The translations under genes and the position numbers were made by a program. From sequence record DRR723986_2444: a stretch of DNA of 64,000 nt. One strand, 5' to 3'. The notes beneath the pieces are model-generated. The model did not search any database. It had not been told where the DNA came from and was given only the letters and a program-made list of their open reading frames with translations. Below, in pieces: positions 50,249-60,831 of the stretch. Positions within the stretch are counted from its first letter, which is position 1; each line of letters opens with the position of its first letter.

Positions 50249-51304
50249 ATGGTTAATTTGATCTTACTGTTCGTCGCGGCGACGTCGCTGTGTGTGTGGC
50301 TACTTCAGGAAATCAAAGGGCGTCGGCAGATGCAAACCGCATTGCAGTGGTGTGCCGAGAAAAAAACCGCTAGCGATGCGGTGGCCCTGCGCCGTCAGGT
50401 TGTGCCCGCTTGGGTCGAGTGGAGCTATCGGTTGGTATCGGCACTGTGGCTGCTCTGGGTTGCCAGTGTTGTGCTGATTAAAGATGGCGATTTTGCACTG
50501 GCCCTGGTGGTGCTCACCGCGCTGGCAGGAGTGATTGCTGGCCTTGATCGCTTTGTTTTTGAAAAGGGCCGTCAGGCCTATGTTAACGCCGGCAAAATCG
50601 CCGTTTACATTACCTACTTTGTTAAGCAGGAGCAGGAGAACCTAAAGCGGGAATTTGGCGGGATGTTGCCGATCGCCGAGAATGCGCGGTCATTTTTCCC
50701 CGTGCTGCTCGTGGTATTGGTATTGCGCTCGTTTGTCGTTGAGCCGTTTCAAATTCCCTCCGCGTCGATGGTTCCCAGTCTCGAAGTTGGCGATTACATC
50801 CTGGTCAATAAGTTTAACTATGGGTTGCGCCTGCCGGTTGTCGGTACAAAAATTTTAGAAGTGGGCGAGCCCGAGCGCGGCGATGTTATGGTTTTCTTCC
50901 CTCCTGGTGATAGCCGCTACTTTATCAAGCGCGTCGTGGGTTTGCCTGGCGATAAACTGCGTTATGTTAATAAAAAGCTCTATGTGAATGACGAGTTAGT
51001 GCCCCATACCCTGGTGGCTGAAGTTCCGCCCTTGCAGCCTGTTACCCAGGTGGTTCGCGAGCAGCTCGGTAGTGTAGAGCACCTGATTCATCACGATAAA
51101 CGCATTTATCGCGGTGATTTTGAAACAACGGTAAAACCCGGTCATTACTTTATGATGGGTGATAATCGCGACAACAGCAGTGATAGCCGAGTTTGGGGAC
51201 AGGTTCCTGAGAAGAATATCGTCGGTCAGGCGTTTGCAATCTGGATGCACTGGCAATCCTTCTCTCAGCTACCCAGCTTTGATCGCGTTGGCCAAATACG
51301 TTAA
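50249..51304 (+). CDS. lepB: Signal peptidase I with an extended N-terminal membrane region
   Basis: EPFQIPSASMVP (catalytic Ser), YFIKRVVGLPGD (catalytic Lys), MMGDNRDNSSDSR. Confidence 0.96.
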   Translation: MVNLILLFVAATSLCVWLLQEIKGRRQMQTALQWCAEKKTASDAVALRRQVVPAWVEWSYRLVSALWLLWVASVVLIKDGDFALALVVLTALAGVIAGLDRFVFEKGRQAYVNAGKIAVYITYFVKQEQENLKREFGGMLPIAENARSFFPVLLVVLVLRSFVVEPFQIPSASMVPSLEVGDYILVNKFNYGLRLPVVGTKILEVGEPERGDVMVFFPPGDSRYFIKRVVGLPGDKLRYVNKKLYVNDELVPHTLVAEVPPLQPVTQVVREQLGSVEHLIHHDKRIYRGDFETTVKPGHYFMMGDNRDNSSDSRVWGQVPEKNIVGQAFAIWMHWQSFSQLPSFDRVGQIR

Positions 51305-51323
51305 CGGTGCACAGGAGATAATA

Positions 51324-51689
51324 ATGAAAAATCAGCAGGGCATTGGCCTACTATCCTTTGTCATCATCGTCGGTGTTGCCATGGTTTTGGGAACGATGGC
51401 AATTCGTCTCGCCCCCTTATACGTTGATTACTGGTCGCTCAGTCGTGTTATCAGTGACGTGGCCGAAGAGAGTAAAGGTGCCGAAGTGACGCCTGCACAG
51501 ATTCGTCAAAAGCTGTCGCGCAGGTTTATTACAAACCGGATCGAATCGATATCTTTGCGCGATATTAAGATCAAAAATAACGACGAGGGTGTGCTGATTG
51601 ATGCCACCTACGAGAAACGCGTGCCGCTATTCATCAATATTGACGCTGTCGTTAAGTTTGAAGACGCGCTTTTTCAGGTTGAACGCTAA
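51324..51689 (+). CDS. DUF4845 family protein
   Basis: Pilin-like N-terminus MKNQQGIG followed by a TM; YEKRVPLFINIDAVVKF; usual position between lepB and rnc. Confidence 0.85.
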   Translation: MKNQQGIGLLSFVIIVGVAMVLGTMAIRLAPLYVDYWSLSRVISDVAEESKGAEVTPAQIRQKLSRRFITNRIESISLRDIKIKNNDEGVLIDATYEKRVPLFINIDAVVKFEDALFQVER

Positions 51690-51694
51690 CTGGT

Positions 51695-52363
51695 ATGCCG
51701 ACACTTTCCGATGTGCTGGGATACGCTTTTAATGACGACGCCTTGTTAACGCAGGCGCTGACTCACCGAAGCCTCAGCGCTGATCACAACGAGCGACTGG
51801 AGTTTCTTGGCGATTCGTTGCTGAATATGATCGTTAGTGATTTTTTGTACCGTCGTTTTCCAAATTTGGATGAGGGCGAGTTGAGTAGAATTCGCGCCTC
51901 GTTAGTGAGTGGAAAGGCCCTGGCGGCTGTCGCTGCTGAACTGAATCTCGGAGAGCACCTTCTGTTGGGAAGCGGCGAGCGCAACAGCGGCGGTAAGCGG
52001 CGCAGCTCCATCCTTGCGGATACTGTTGAGGCCATTCTCGGTGCGATCTATCTCGATGGGGGCATGGCGTCGTGTCAGGCCTGTGTCCATCGTTGGTTTG
52101 CCGGCCGACTGGAGAGTATTGATCCCACCGCGAGTCACAAAGACGCTAAAACGCGGCTACAAGAATATTTGCAGGCGAGAAAGCAGCCCTTGCCGCAATA
52201 CCGCCTCTGCTCGACAGAGGGTAAGTCTCATCAGCAGGCCTTTACTGTCGCATGTAAGGTAACGCTGCTGAACGGGGAAGTTGTGGCAACGGCAAGTAGT
52301 CGACGCAAGGCAGAGCAAGCTGCAGCAGAGCAAGTGCTGGCGCGGCTGGAGAAGCAAGCATGA
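51695..52363 (+). CDS. rnc: Ribonuclease III
   Basis: [16 protein letters not shown], ds[12 protein letters not shown]. Confidence 0.98.
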   Translation: MPTLSDVLGYAFNDDALLTQALTHRSLSADHNERLEFLGDSLLNMIVSDFLYRRFPNLDEGELSRIRASLVSGKALAAVAAELNLGEHLLLGSGERNSGGKRRSSILADTVEAILGAIYLDGGMASCQACVHRWFAGRLESIDPTASHKDAKTRLQEYLQARKQPLPQYRLCSTEGKSHQQAFTVACKVTLLNGEVVATASSRRKAEQAAAEQVLARLEKQA

Positions 52364-53271
52364 AACACCAGAATGAGAGCGGCACACGCTGTGGTTATGT
52401 GGCAATTGTTGGCCGCCCGAATGTGGGTAAATCCACGCTACTTAACCATATTCTCGGTCAAAAACTGAGTATCACGTCAAGAAAGCCCCAAACGACGCGC
52501 CACCAGCTGCTGGGGATTAAAACTGAGGGTGATACGCAGGCGATCTATGTCGACACCCCCGGTCTGCATTTGCGCGACGAAAAGGCGATTAATCGCTACA
52601 TGAATCGGGCTGCCAGCTCTGCTCTGAAAGATGTTGATCTGGTGCTTTTTCTGGTAGATCGCGATCGCTGGACCGATGAAGACGACCTTGTTTTAGAGAA
52701 AGTGAAGCAGGTCGACTGCCCGGTCTTGCTGGTGGTAAACAAGATCGATCGGCTTAACGACAAATCGGAATTACTGCCACTGCTGGAACAGCTTGCCGAG
52801 AAGCACAGTTTTACGGAAATTGTGCCTGTCTCGGCATTGCGCGGCCACAACCGCGATGATCTTGAGGCCGTTATTGAACGCTACCTTCCAGAGGGGATAC
52901 ACCTCTTCCCTGAGGATCAGGTAACCGATCGCAGTGAGCGTTTTCTTGCGGCAGAGCTTGTTCGTGAAAAGATTATGCGTCAGCTGGGGGAGGAAGTGCC
53001 CTATGCGATGACGGTCGAAATTGAGGAATTCAAGGTATCGCCGCGCCTGATAGAGATCAGCGCACTGATACTGGTAGAGCGCCAAGGGCAAAAGAAAATA
53101 CTGATCGGTGAGAAGGGGAGTCGTCTCAGGCAGATTGGTACAGAGGCGCGCAAGGATATGGAGCGCGCGTTCGACAGCAAGGTCATGTTGCGCTTATGGG
53201 TGAAAGTGAAATCTGGCTGGTCCGACGATGAGCGCGCCCTACGCAGCCTCGGTTATAACGATTTCGAGTAG
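52360..53271 (+). CDS. era: GTPase Era
   Basis: [20 protein letters not shown] domain, [12 protein letters not shown]. Confidence 0.98.
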   Translation: MKHQNESGTRCGYVAIVGRPNVGKSTLLNHILGQKLSITSRKPQTTRHQLLGIKTEGDTQAIYVDTPGLHLRDEKAINRYMNRAASSALKDVDLVLFLVDRDRWTDEDDLVLEKVKQVDCPVLLVVNKIDRLNDKSELLPLLEQLAEKHSFTEIVPVSALRGHNRDDLEAVIERYLPEGIHLFPEDQVTDRSERFLAAELVREKIMRQLGEEVPYAMTVEIEEFKVSPRLIEISALILVERQGQKKILIGEKGSRLRQIGTEARKDMERAFDSKVMLRLWVKVKSGWSDDERALRSLGYNDFE

Positions 53272-53274
53272 ACC

Positions 53275-53982
53275 ATGAGTGCGCGTATAGAGGGGCAGCC
53301 CGCATACGTGTTACATCTTCGCGCCTATCGTGATAGCAGTGCGATCATCGATCTATTCAGCCGCGACTATGGCTATCTAAGCGTCGTAGCCAAGGGACTT
53401 AAATCGTCGAGCAAGAGCCGCCAGCAATGGCGCGCGGCCTTGCAGCCTGGCAATCTTATTCAGGTCTCCTGGCAGGGGCGCAGTGAGTTAAAGACCTTAG
53501 TTGATGCGCAGCTGAACAGCACGTTTCCACTGCGCGGCAACGCGCTGTACTGCGCTTTCTACATCAACGAGTTATTGGGAAGATTGCTGCAACCTTTTGA
53601 CCCCCAGGCGGAAGTTTTCAAGTTGTACGGCCGCTCTTTGCTGGAGCTGTCCTCAGGGAGCCATGTTGAACCCATACTGCGCAGCTTTGAGCTAACTTTA
53701 CTTACCGAGCTGGGCTACGGTGTCGACTTCTCGCCCATTGAAAGCGCCCCCGAGGCCTATTTTATCTACGACCCGGAGCACGGCTTTTGCCAGGTATCGG
53801 CGTCGATGGACCCTCACCAGAAAGCGTTTTCCGGCCATCTATTGCAGCAGTTAGCGCGTGCCGATTGGGACGCCGACACGCTTAAAGTAGCGAAGCGCCT
53901 CAACCGGCTTATCCTTGCGCCCCTGTTGGGGGACCGGCCACTGAACAGTCGAAAACTGTTTCTCCGGCAGTACTCGGACTAA
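53275..53982 (+). CDS. recO: DNA repair protein RecO
   Basis: AYVLHLRAYRDSS, FYINELL, FELTLLTELGYG, RPLNSR; follows era. Confidence 0.95.
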   Translation: MSARIEGQPAYVLHLRAYRDSSAIIDLFSRDYGYLSVVAKGLKSSSKSRQQWRAALQPGNLIQVSWQGRSELKTLVDAQLNSTFPLRGNALYCAFYINELLGRLLQPFDPQAEVFKLYGRSLLELSSGSHVEPILRSFELTLLTELGYGVDFSPIESAPEAYFIYDPEHGFCQVSASMDPHQKAFSGHLLQQLARADWDADTLKVAKRLNRLILAPLLGDRPLNSRKLFLRQYSD

Positions 53983-53995
53983 ATCGCCGGCGCTG

Positions 53996-56675
53996 TTAGT
54001 CGAATAGGGCATCCAGCTCGTGTTCTTCGCGCCATGCCAGCAATTCGTCTATTCGCGTAATCACTGCGGTGAAGAGCGGTTGCTGAGGTGGCTTCTGGGC
54101 AGATAAATCGGCCTCCAATTCACAGACGGCTTGCTTGAGAAGTGGGACGCCGGTGTAGCAACAATTCCCTTTCAAACCGTGATTGAGTTCGGTCAGCGTA
54201 TCCCACTCCTTGCTATCGAAGGCCTGTGTGAGCTGACTACGCAAACCTGGCAGTTCATCGAGCAGCATTGAGAGCATGTTTTTTGCCAGCGTAGGGCGCT
54301 GTTTGGACAGTGATAAGCACTGTTTAAGGTCCACGGGCCTGGATTGCTCCTCGGCGTCGGCGTCTGCCTCAGGCGCGTGTGCGTCGGTTGGCGGCAGGTC
54401 ACAGGAAGGGGCCAGGTAGTGTTGCAAAATATTGGTGAGCTGCTGCTCATTTACCGGTTTGCTAAGGTATTTATCGATGCCGGCATCGCGCAGCTGTGAG
54501 GGGTTTTCCGGTGCGAGGTAGGCCGACAGCGCCACAATTGGGGTGTGTTGGTTCTTTCCGCGCTGGCGTATCTGGCGGCTTGCGGCAATGCCGTCCAGCT
54601 GTGGCATCTGGATGTCGATAAATATCAAGTCGAAACACTGCTCCTGGCAATGGCTGACTGCTTCCACGCCATTTTGAGCGCTGACGGGGCTGATGCCGGC
54701 ATCTTCCAGAAAGGTGGAGAGTATGAGCAGGTTAGACGGGTTGTCATCAACGATGAGCACTTGGCTATTGCGAAAATGTCGGTTGTTGAGTTGGTTATCA
54801 TCGCTCAGGCCCGTATTCAGCGCGTCAAAAAGACGAACATGAGAAACCGGCTTGCTGAGCCAGACATTATTGTCTTGTGGGTGTTCCTCGCTGTGGTAGC
54901 TCAAAACCACGCAGGCGCCGTCGCGATGAATCGTGGGTAGCGGTTGGCAGCTCTCCTCTGCATCCAAGCTCAGAATGCAGTGATCTGCCTGGGTATTAAT
55001 ATCATCAATTCCCTGGCAGAGCTGCACGTTCATGCCCCAGCCTTCGAGCAGGTCGCAAATGGCGAGGCCGTATAATGGGCTGCTGTCATACAAGGCAACT
55101 GTACTACCCTGTAGGGATTGGAAGTCACGCATTTGCATCGCATTGTGATCAATTGCCAAGCGCAGACTAAACCAAAAGGTAGAGCCGTGTCCGAGCTCGC
55201 TTTCTACGCCGATTTCGCCGCCCATCTCCTTAACCAGGCCTTGAACAATGACTAGTCCCAGCCCGGTGCCGCCATATTGACGAGTGACAGATGCATCGCC
55301 TTGGCCAAAGTCTCGGAAGATATGCTTGCGCTGCTCTGCGCTCATACCAATGCCGCTGTCAGTGACCTTGAAGGTCAGTGTTGCGTAATCGTCGTCCCGC
55401 TCGCTACAGGAGATATCGACGCGAACGGTTCCGGTTGGGGTGAATTTAATCGCATTGCTAACTAAGTTCGTCAGCATTTGCCGGAGTCGGAGGGAGTCGC
55501 TGAGGATTGCCTCAGGGGTGTCTTTCTCGACAAACAGTGCAAGGTCGAGACGCTTCTCCGCTGCGCCGGGAGCGAGCATGATCAAGGTATCTTCAGCAAG
55601 TTCGCGGAGTTGCACTGGGGCTTTATCGAACACCAGCTTCCCAGCCTCAAGCTTGGAGAAGTCGAGAATATCGTTGATGATGGTGAGTAGGTTAACGGCG
55701 CTGTTGCGGATGGTCTCTACCGCTTCGCGCTGTCGCCCGCGAATATCCGCCTTGAGAAGAATATTACTGAAACCCAGAATACTGTTCAGAGGTGTGCGAA
55801 TTTCATGGCTGGTATTGGCGAGAAATTCCGATTTAACTCGGCTTGCAGTGACGGCTTCGCGCCTAGCTAGGTCAAGCTCGATATTCTGTATTTCAAGCGT
55901 TTCTAAGGTTTCACGTAAGTCGCTGTTGGACTGTTCGAGGTTGAGTTGCAGCTCCTTTAGCTCCCTTACCTGCGCCGCGTTCAGTTCATTGAGATCCTCG
56001 GCTAGCTCACTGAATTCGTCGCCACCGGGAACATGAATGTGCAAGTCTCTCTGGCCGCTGGTGAGTTGCCATCCGCAGAATTTGTAAGTCGCGGCCGATG
56101 TTGTGATTGATATAACTAAAAAACAAGATACAAACGAGGACGCTGAGGCCCAGGAAAATCGCCGCGGCGAGGTAGCTCTGGTACTTCATTAGCTCGTATT
56201 GGTGCCAGCCATAGCTCATTTGCACCCAGCCGAGGTGGCCATCTGCATCGGTCTGATGGCCCTCTGCAGATAGCGGTGCATGAATCGCCCACGTAATTTG
56301 GAGATCATCGGCTTGATCCATGACCTTAAAGGGCATAAACCGGCTCAATCCCTCGACATTGGGCGGTGGCGTTCCGGGGCCTGCGTGCGAGATGAGTTCG
56401 AGGTCGCTATTGTAGATACTCACCGCGCGTACACCGGGCTCCTCAAGCGCCGTATGTAGAATATAGGCCAGCGTATCTTCGTGGTGGTCCTGCATCATAT
56501 GGCTAGAGACAACACTCAGCTGCTGGGCGGCGGATTTGGCACGCTGAGTAAGCAGCTCTCTGCTGTCTGCCAGTTGCTGTTGAGTCAGGTAGGCACTGAA
56601 ACCCACCGAAATGAGAAGTACGGGCAGTAGCCCCATGATCAAGATAAGCCGTTTAAATCCGTATCGCCTGCGCAT
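53996..56675 (-). pseudogene. gacS: Hybrid sensor kinase GacS/BarA, frameshifted near 56061-56068
   Basis: ORF 56007-56675 encodes TM-periplasmic-TM. ORF 53996-56044 encodes the HAMP end, ETLEIQNIELDLARRE, H-box ANTSHEIRTPLN, GGTGLGL, receiver FIDIQMP and Hpt HGLKG. The 2680-bp span is not a multiple of 3. Position next to cysM-relA is as expected. Confidence 0.9.
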
Positions 56676-56830
56676 GTGAACTGGAGCCTATGACTAGGGC
56701 AGTGGTATTATCACTGCCAAAAGTTTACGCGGTTGCCATCCTGTGGCCGCTTTATCACTGAAGCCTATAGCAGCTGGGGCAACGATTTCCCCTGCTGCGC
56801 TGCTGAAGTCGGCTTGAGGTCTCTACTGCA

Positions 56831-57718
56831 ATGACAGATTTTCCTACCATTGAGCAATGTATTGGCAATACACCCCTAGTGAGGTTGCAACGCCTTAATC
56901 GCGACAGCAGTAATACGATTTTGCTGAAGCTAGAGGGAAATAACCCCGCTGGTTCCGTTAAAGACCGTCCGGCTATGAGTATGATAGCGCGCGCGGAGGC
57001 TCGGGGCGATATACAACCTGGTGACACGCTTATTGAAGCGACGAGCGGTAACACGGGGATCGCGCTGGCGATGGCCGCTGCCATTCGCGGCTATAAGATG
57101 GTGCTGATCATGCCAAGCCATATGAGTAGTGAGCGCAAATTGGCAATGTCTGCCTATGGCGCCACCCTTGTGGAGGTGAGTCAAGAAGAGGGAATGGAAG
57201 GGGCGCGAGACTTGGCCCTAGCGATGCAGGCAAGAGGCGAGGGAAAGGTACTGGATCAATTTGCAAACCCCGATAACCCCCTGGCTCACTATGAGGGAAC
57301 TGGCCCTGAGATCTGGCGTCAGACCGATGGACGTATTACCCACTTTGTCAGCTCGATGGGAACCACCGGTACCATTATGGGCGTCTCCCGGTTCCTTAAA
57401 GAGCAAAACCCCAGTGTGCAGATCGTTGGACTGCAGCCTGAAGATGGCTCTAGCATTCCTGGTATTCGTCGCTGGCCTGAGGCTTACCTGCCGAAAATAT
57501 ATCAGGCCCCAAGGGTCGACCAGGTGATGGATATTGATCAGCAACTGGCTGAAAAAACCATGCGAGCACTTGCTGAGCAGGAAGGGATATTTTGTGGTGT
57601 GTCCTCCGGTGGTGCGGTCGCCGGAGCGCTTCGTCTTAGCGAGCAGGTGGAAAACGCCGTAATTGTTGCCATTATTTGTGACCGCGGTGACCGATATTTG
57701 TCCACCGGCGTTTTCTAG
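56831..57718 (+). CDS. cysM: Cysteine synthase B
   Basis: KLEGNNPAGSVKDR, EATSGNTG, SSMGTTGT, ICDRGDRYLSTGVF. Confidence 0.96.
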   Translation: MTDFPTIEQCIGNTPLVRLQRLNRDSSNTILLKLEGNNPAGSVKDRPAMSMIARAEARGDIQPGDTLIEATSGNTGIALAMAAAIRGYKMVLIMPSHMSSERKLAMSAYGATLVEVSQEEGMEGARDLALAMQARGEGKVLDQFANPDNPLAHYEGTGPEIWRQTDGRITHFVSSMGTTGTIMGVSRFLKEQNPSVQIVGLQPEDGSSIPGIRRWPEAYLPKIYQAPRVDQVMDIDQQLAEKTMRALAEQEGIFCGVSSGGAVAGALRLSEQVENAVIVAIICDRGDRYLSTGVF

Positions 57719-57773
57719 GCAGCGGTATTGCCGCCTTGTTTGAAACCAGTCGGAAAATGATTGAGTTAATACC

Positions 57774-60008
57774 ATGGTAAAGGTCCGAGAGGATTACCCA
57801 CAGTTAGCCGACGGGCGTGTTGATATCCCGCGCTGGATGGAGCGCCTGTCGATAGATGACAGCGTTGTTGCGCGCAGTGAGTTGCTCCGTGCCTTTGAGC
57901 TCGCCGAACAGTGCGCCAGCGGCAGTGCGGGCACAGAGCCCGATGTCAGTGGGGATAGCTTTTTCACCGCCCTGGAAATGGTGGAAATTCTTGCCGACCT
58001 GCATTTGGATCAAGACAGTCTGGTTGCCGCGACCTTGTTTCGCGCAGTTCGAGAAGCGAGGTTATCGCTGAGTGACCTGGAACAGCAATTTGGCGGCTCT
58101 GTGGCGAAGCTGGTCGATGGCGTGTTGGGAATGGCGGCCATTTCCAAAGTTAACGCAGAGTTGGATGTTCCGGTGCTGGGGCAGTCCGAGGCGCAAAGCG
58201 AAACCATTCGGAAAATGTTGGTGGCGTTGGTCGACGATGTTCGCGTTGCACTGATTAAGTTGGCAGAGAGAACCTCGGCGATTCGCGCGGTGAAGAACCG
58301 TCCGGAGAAACGCTATCGTGTTGCGAGAGAAGTTTTCGACATCTACGCGCCTCTGGCTCATCGCCTGGGTATTGGCCACATAAAGTGGGAGTTAGAGGAT
58401 CTTAGCTTTCGCTACTTGCAGCCATCGGCATACAAAAAAATTGCCAAACTGTTGGATGAGAAGCGATTAGACCGCCAACACTATATCGACGAGGTCATTC
58501 ACACGCTTACCACGGCGATCAAGGCCGATGGCATTGACGCAGATATCGCCGGCAGAGCGAAGCACATTTACAGCATCTGGCGGAAAATGCAGCGCAAGGG
58601 GATTGGTTTTTCCCAAGTCTACGATATTCGCGCAGTGCGCGTGCTAGTGCCGGATGTAAAAGCTTGCTATGCCGTGCTTGGCCTGGTCCACGGCCTGTGG
58701 CGAAATATTCCCAACGAGTTCGATGATTACATCGCCAGCCCCAAAGAAAATGGCTACCGCTCACTCCATACCGCTGTAATAGGCCCCCAGGGCAAGGTTC
58801 TGGAAGTGCAAATTCGCACCCGAAGCATGCACGAGGAAGCAGAGTTTGGTGTGTGCTCTCACTGGATGTACAAAGGGGCAGACAAAACCGCCAAGAGTAA
58901 TAACAGCTACGACGAAAAAATAGCGTGGCTGCGGCAGGTGTTGGACTGGCATGAGGAAAGTGGTAGCAGCAGTGACGTCGCGGAGCAGTTCACCCGCGCC
59001 CAGGACAGGGTCTACGTGTTTACCCCAGATGGCCATGTTGTGAATTTGCAAAACGGCGCGACGCCATTGGATTTTGCGTATCACATCCATACTGAGGTGG
59101 GTAATCGCTGCCGCGGCGCTAAAGTGAACGGCCGCATCGTACCACTGACATACACCCTGAATACCGGCGAGCGCGTTGAAATTCTCACCGGGAAAGAGAG
59201 CAAACCTCGCCGCGATTGGCTGCAGAGTAATCTGGGCTATCTAAAAACCAGCCGGGCTCGCACTAAAGTGCAACATTGGTTTCGACAGCAGGCTAAGGAA
59301 GACAATATTGCCGCTGGTCGCGCGTTGCTGGAAAAAGAATTTCGCCGCTTGGCGCTCAATAGCGTTGACTACAAGTACATTGCCGATCAAACCCATTGTG
59401 CCAGCGTAGAGGATATGTACGCTGCGGTGGGGGCCGGTGAAATCAGTATGCTACAAATTGTCCGTCTGGCGAACCAGCTGATCGGGCAAGATGAAAATGC
59501 CGCTGAAGAAGTACTGCCACGCCTGAAGGCGCCGAGCAAAACCTCCAAAGATAGCAGTAAGGTGCGGATAAGCGGCGTTGGCAACTTGTTAACGCACTTC
59601 GCCAGGTGCTGTAAACCTCTGCCTGGGGAGGCTATTACGGGATACATCACCGTGGGGCGTGGCGTGAGCGTTCACCGCCAAGATTGCAGTAAGCTTCTGC
59701 AACTTCAGAGCGTGGAGCCGCACCGAATTATTGCCGTCGACTGGGAAGTTGAGCAAACCGATACTTACCCTGTTGATATCGAGTTGCAGGCTTTCGACCG
59801 ACAAGGCCTGCTTCGCGATATCACCCTGCAGTTGGCCACAGAAAAGGTGAATGTAATTTCCCTGAATACGGTTACCGACACGAATAGCCACATGGCCACG
59901 ATGCGTATTCGTTTGGAAATTAGTGATGTCGGCGCTTTGTCGGGCCTGTTGAGCCGCCTAAATGGCTTGCCGAATGTCGTAGCGGTGAAACGTGTTAAGG
60001 AAGGATGA
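57774..60008 (+). CDS. relA: GTP pyrophosphokinase (ppGpp synthetase I)
   Basis: Degenerate HD domain (ATLFRAVRE), APLAHRLG, GRAKHIYSI, EFDDY, TGS and ACT domains. Confidence 0.97.
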   Translation: MVKVREDYPQLADGRVDIPRWMERLSIDDSVVARSELLRAFELAEQCASGSAGTEPDVSGDSFFTALEMVEILADLHLDQDSLVAATLFRAVREARLSLSDLEQQFGGSVAKLVDGVLGMAAISKVNAELDVPVLGQSEAQSETIRKMLVALVDDVRVALIKLAERTSAIRAVKNRPEKRYRVAREVFDIYAPLAHRLGIGHIKWELEDLSFRYLQPSAYKKIAKLLDEKRLDRQHYIDEVIHTLTTAIKADGIDADIAGRAKHIYSIWRKMQRKGIGFSQVYDIRAVRVLVPDVKACYAVLGLVHGLWRNIPNEFDDYIASPKENGYRSLHTAVIGPQGKVLEVQIRTRSMHEEAEFGVCSHWMYKGADKTAKSNNSYDEKIAWLRQVLDWHEESGSSSDVAEQFTRAQDRVYVFTPDGHVVNLQNGATPLDFAYHIHTEVGNRCRGAKVNGRIVPLTYTLNTGERVEILTGKESKPRRDWLQSNLGYLKTSRARTKVQHWFRQQAKEDNIAAGRALLEKEFRRLALNSVDYKYIADQTHCASVEDMYAAVGAGEISMLQIVRLANQLIGQDENAAEEVLPRLKAPSKTSKDSSKVRISGVGNLLTHFARCCKPLPGEAITGYITVGRGVSVHRQDCSKLLQLQSVEPHRIIAVDWEVEQTDTYPVDIELQAFDRQGLLRDITLQLATEKVNVISLNTVTDTNSHMATMRIRLEISDVGALSGLLSRLNGLPNVVAVKRVKEG

Positions 60009-60820
60009 TGGCGGCAAAGCAATATAGCATTGATGACTTGCGCGAACTGATGTCGCGTTTGCGCGACCCTCAAGATGGTTGTCCCTGGGATCAAAAGCAG
60101 GACTTTAAAAGCATCGTCCCTCATACACTCGAAGAGGTCTATGAGCTCGTCGATGCGATCGAGAGCGCTGACCCGGATCAGATTCGCCAGGAAATGGGCG
60201 ACGTGTTGTTCCAGTTAATTTTTTACAGCCAGCTGGCGCAGGAGCAGGGCGACTTTACCTTTAACGACGTTGTCGATGACATCACTCGCAAACTTCTGCG
60301 CCGTCATCCCCATGTTTTTCCCGATGGAACCTTGGAAAGTCGCCGTGGAGAAGCGCCGCCTGATGAACTCGCAATCAAGCAGCGCTGGGAGGAAATCAAG
60401 GCAGAGGAGCGCCGGGGAAAGGCCCAGTTGAGTGCCCTAGATGATATTCCATTAGCGCTGCCAGCGACGAATCGAGCAGAAAAACTGCAAAAGCGGGCGA
60501 GTCGTCTTGGCTTTGATTGGGACGATGTGGCAGGTGTATTGGCTGCTTTGGAAGATGAGCTGGCCGAGCTCAAAGAAGCGATAGACGGCGGCCAACGTGA
60601 GGAAATAGCCGATGAGCTTGGCGATGTTTTCTTCTCCGTGGTGAACCTGAGTCGTCACCTTAAGCACGACGCCGAAGGCGCACTGCGAGCGGCGGGCCAG
60701 AAATTCGAGCGACGCTTTCGCTATGTTGAACAACAGGCCGGGGGGCAGGAAGGCACTGCCGCCACACCGAGAGCCCTGCTAGAACAGTATTGGCAAGATG
60801 CGAAACAAGCGGGCCTGTAG
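60005..60820 (+). CDS. mazG: Nucleoside triphosphate pyrophosphohydrolase MazG
   Basis: LRDPQDGCPWD, EEVYE, RRHPHVF, DELGD. Confidence 0.96.
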   Translation: MMAAKQYSIDDLRELMSRLRDPQDGCPWDQKQDFKSIVPHTLEEVYELVDAIESADPDQIRQEMGDVLFQLIFYSQLAQEQGDFTFNDVVDDITRKLLRRHPHVFPDGTLESRRGEAPPDELAIKQRWEEIKAEERRGKAQLSALDDIPLALPATNRAEKLQKRASRLGFDWDDVAGVLAALEDELAELKEAIDGGQREEIADELGDVFFSVVNLSRHLKHDAEGALRAAGQKFERRFRYVEQQAGGQEGTAATPRALLEQYWQDAKQAGL

Positions 60821-60831
60821 CCCACTTGTGG

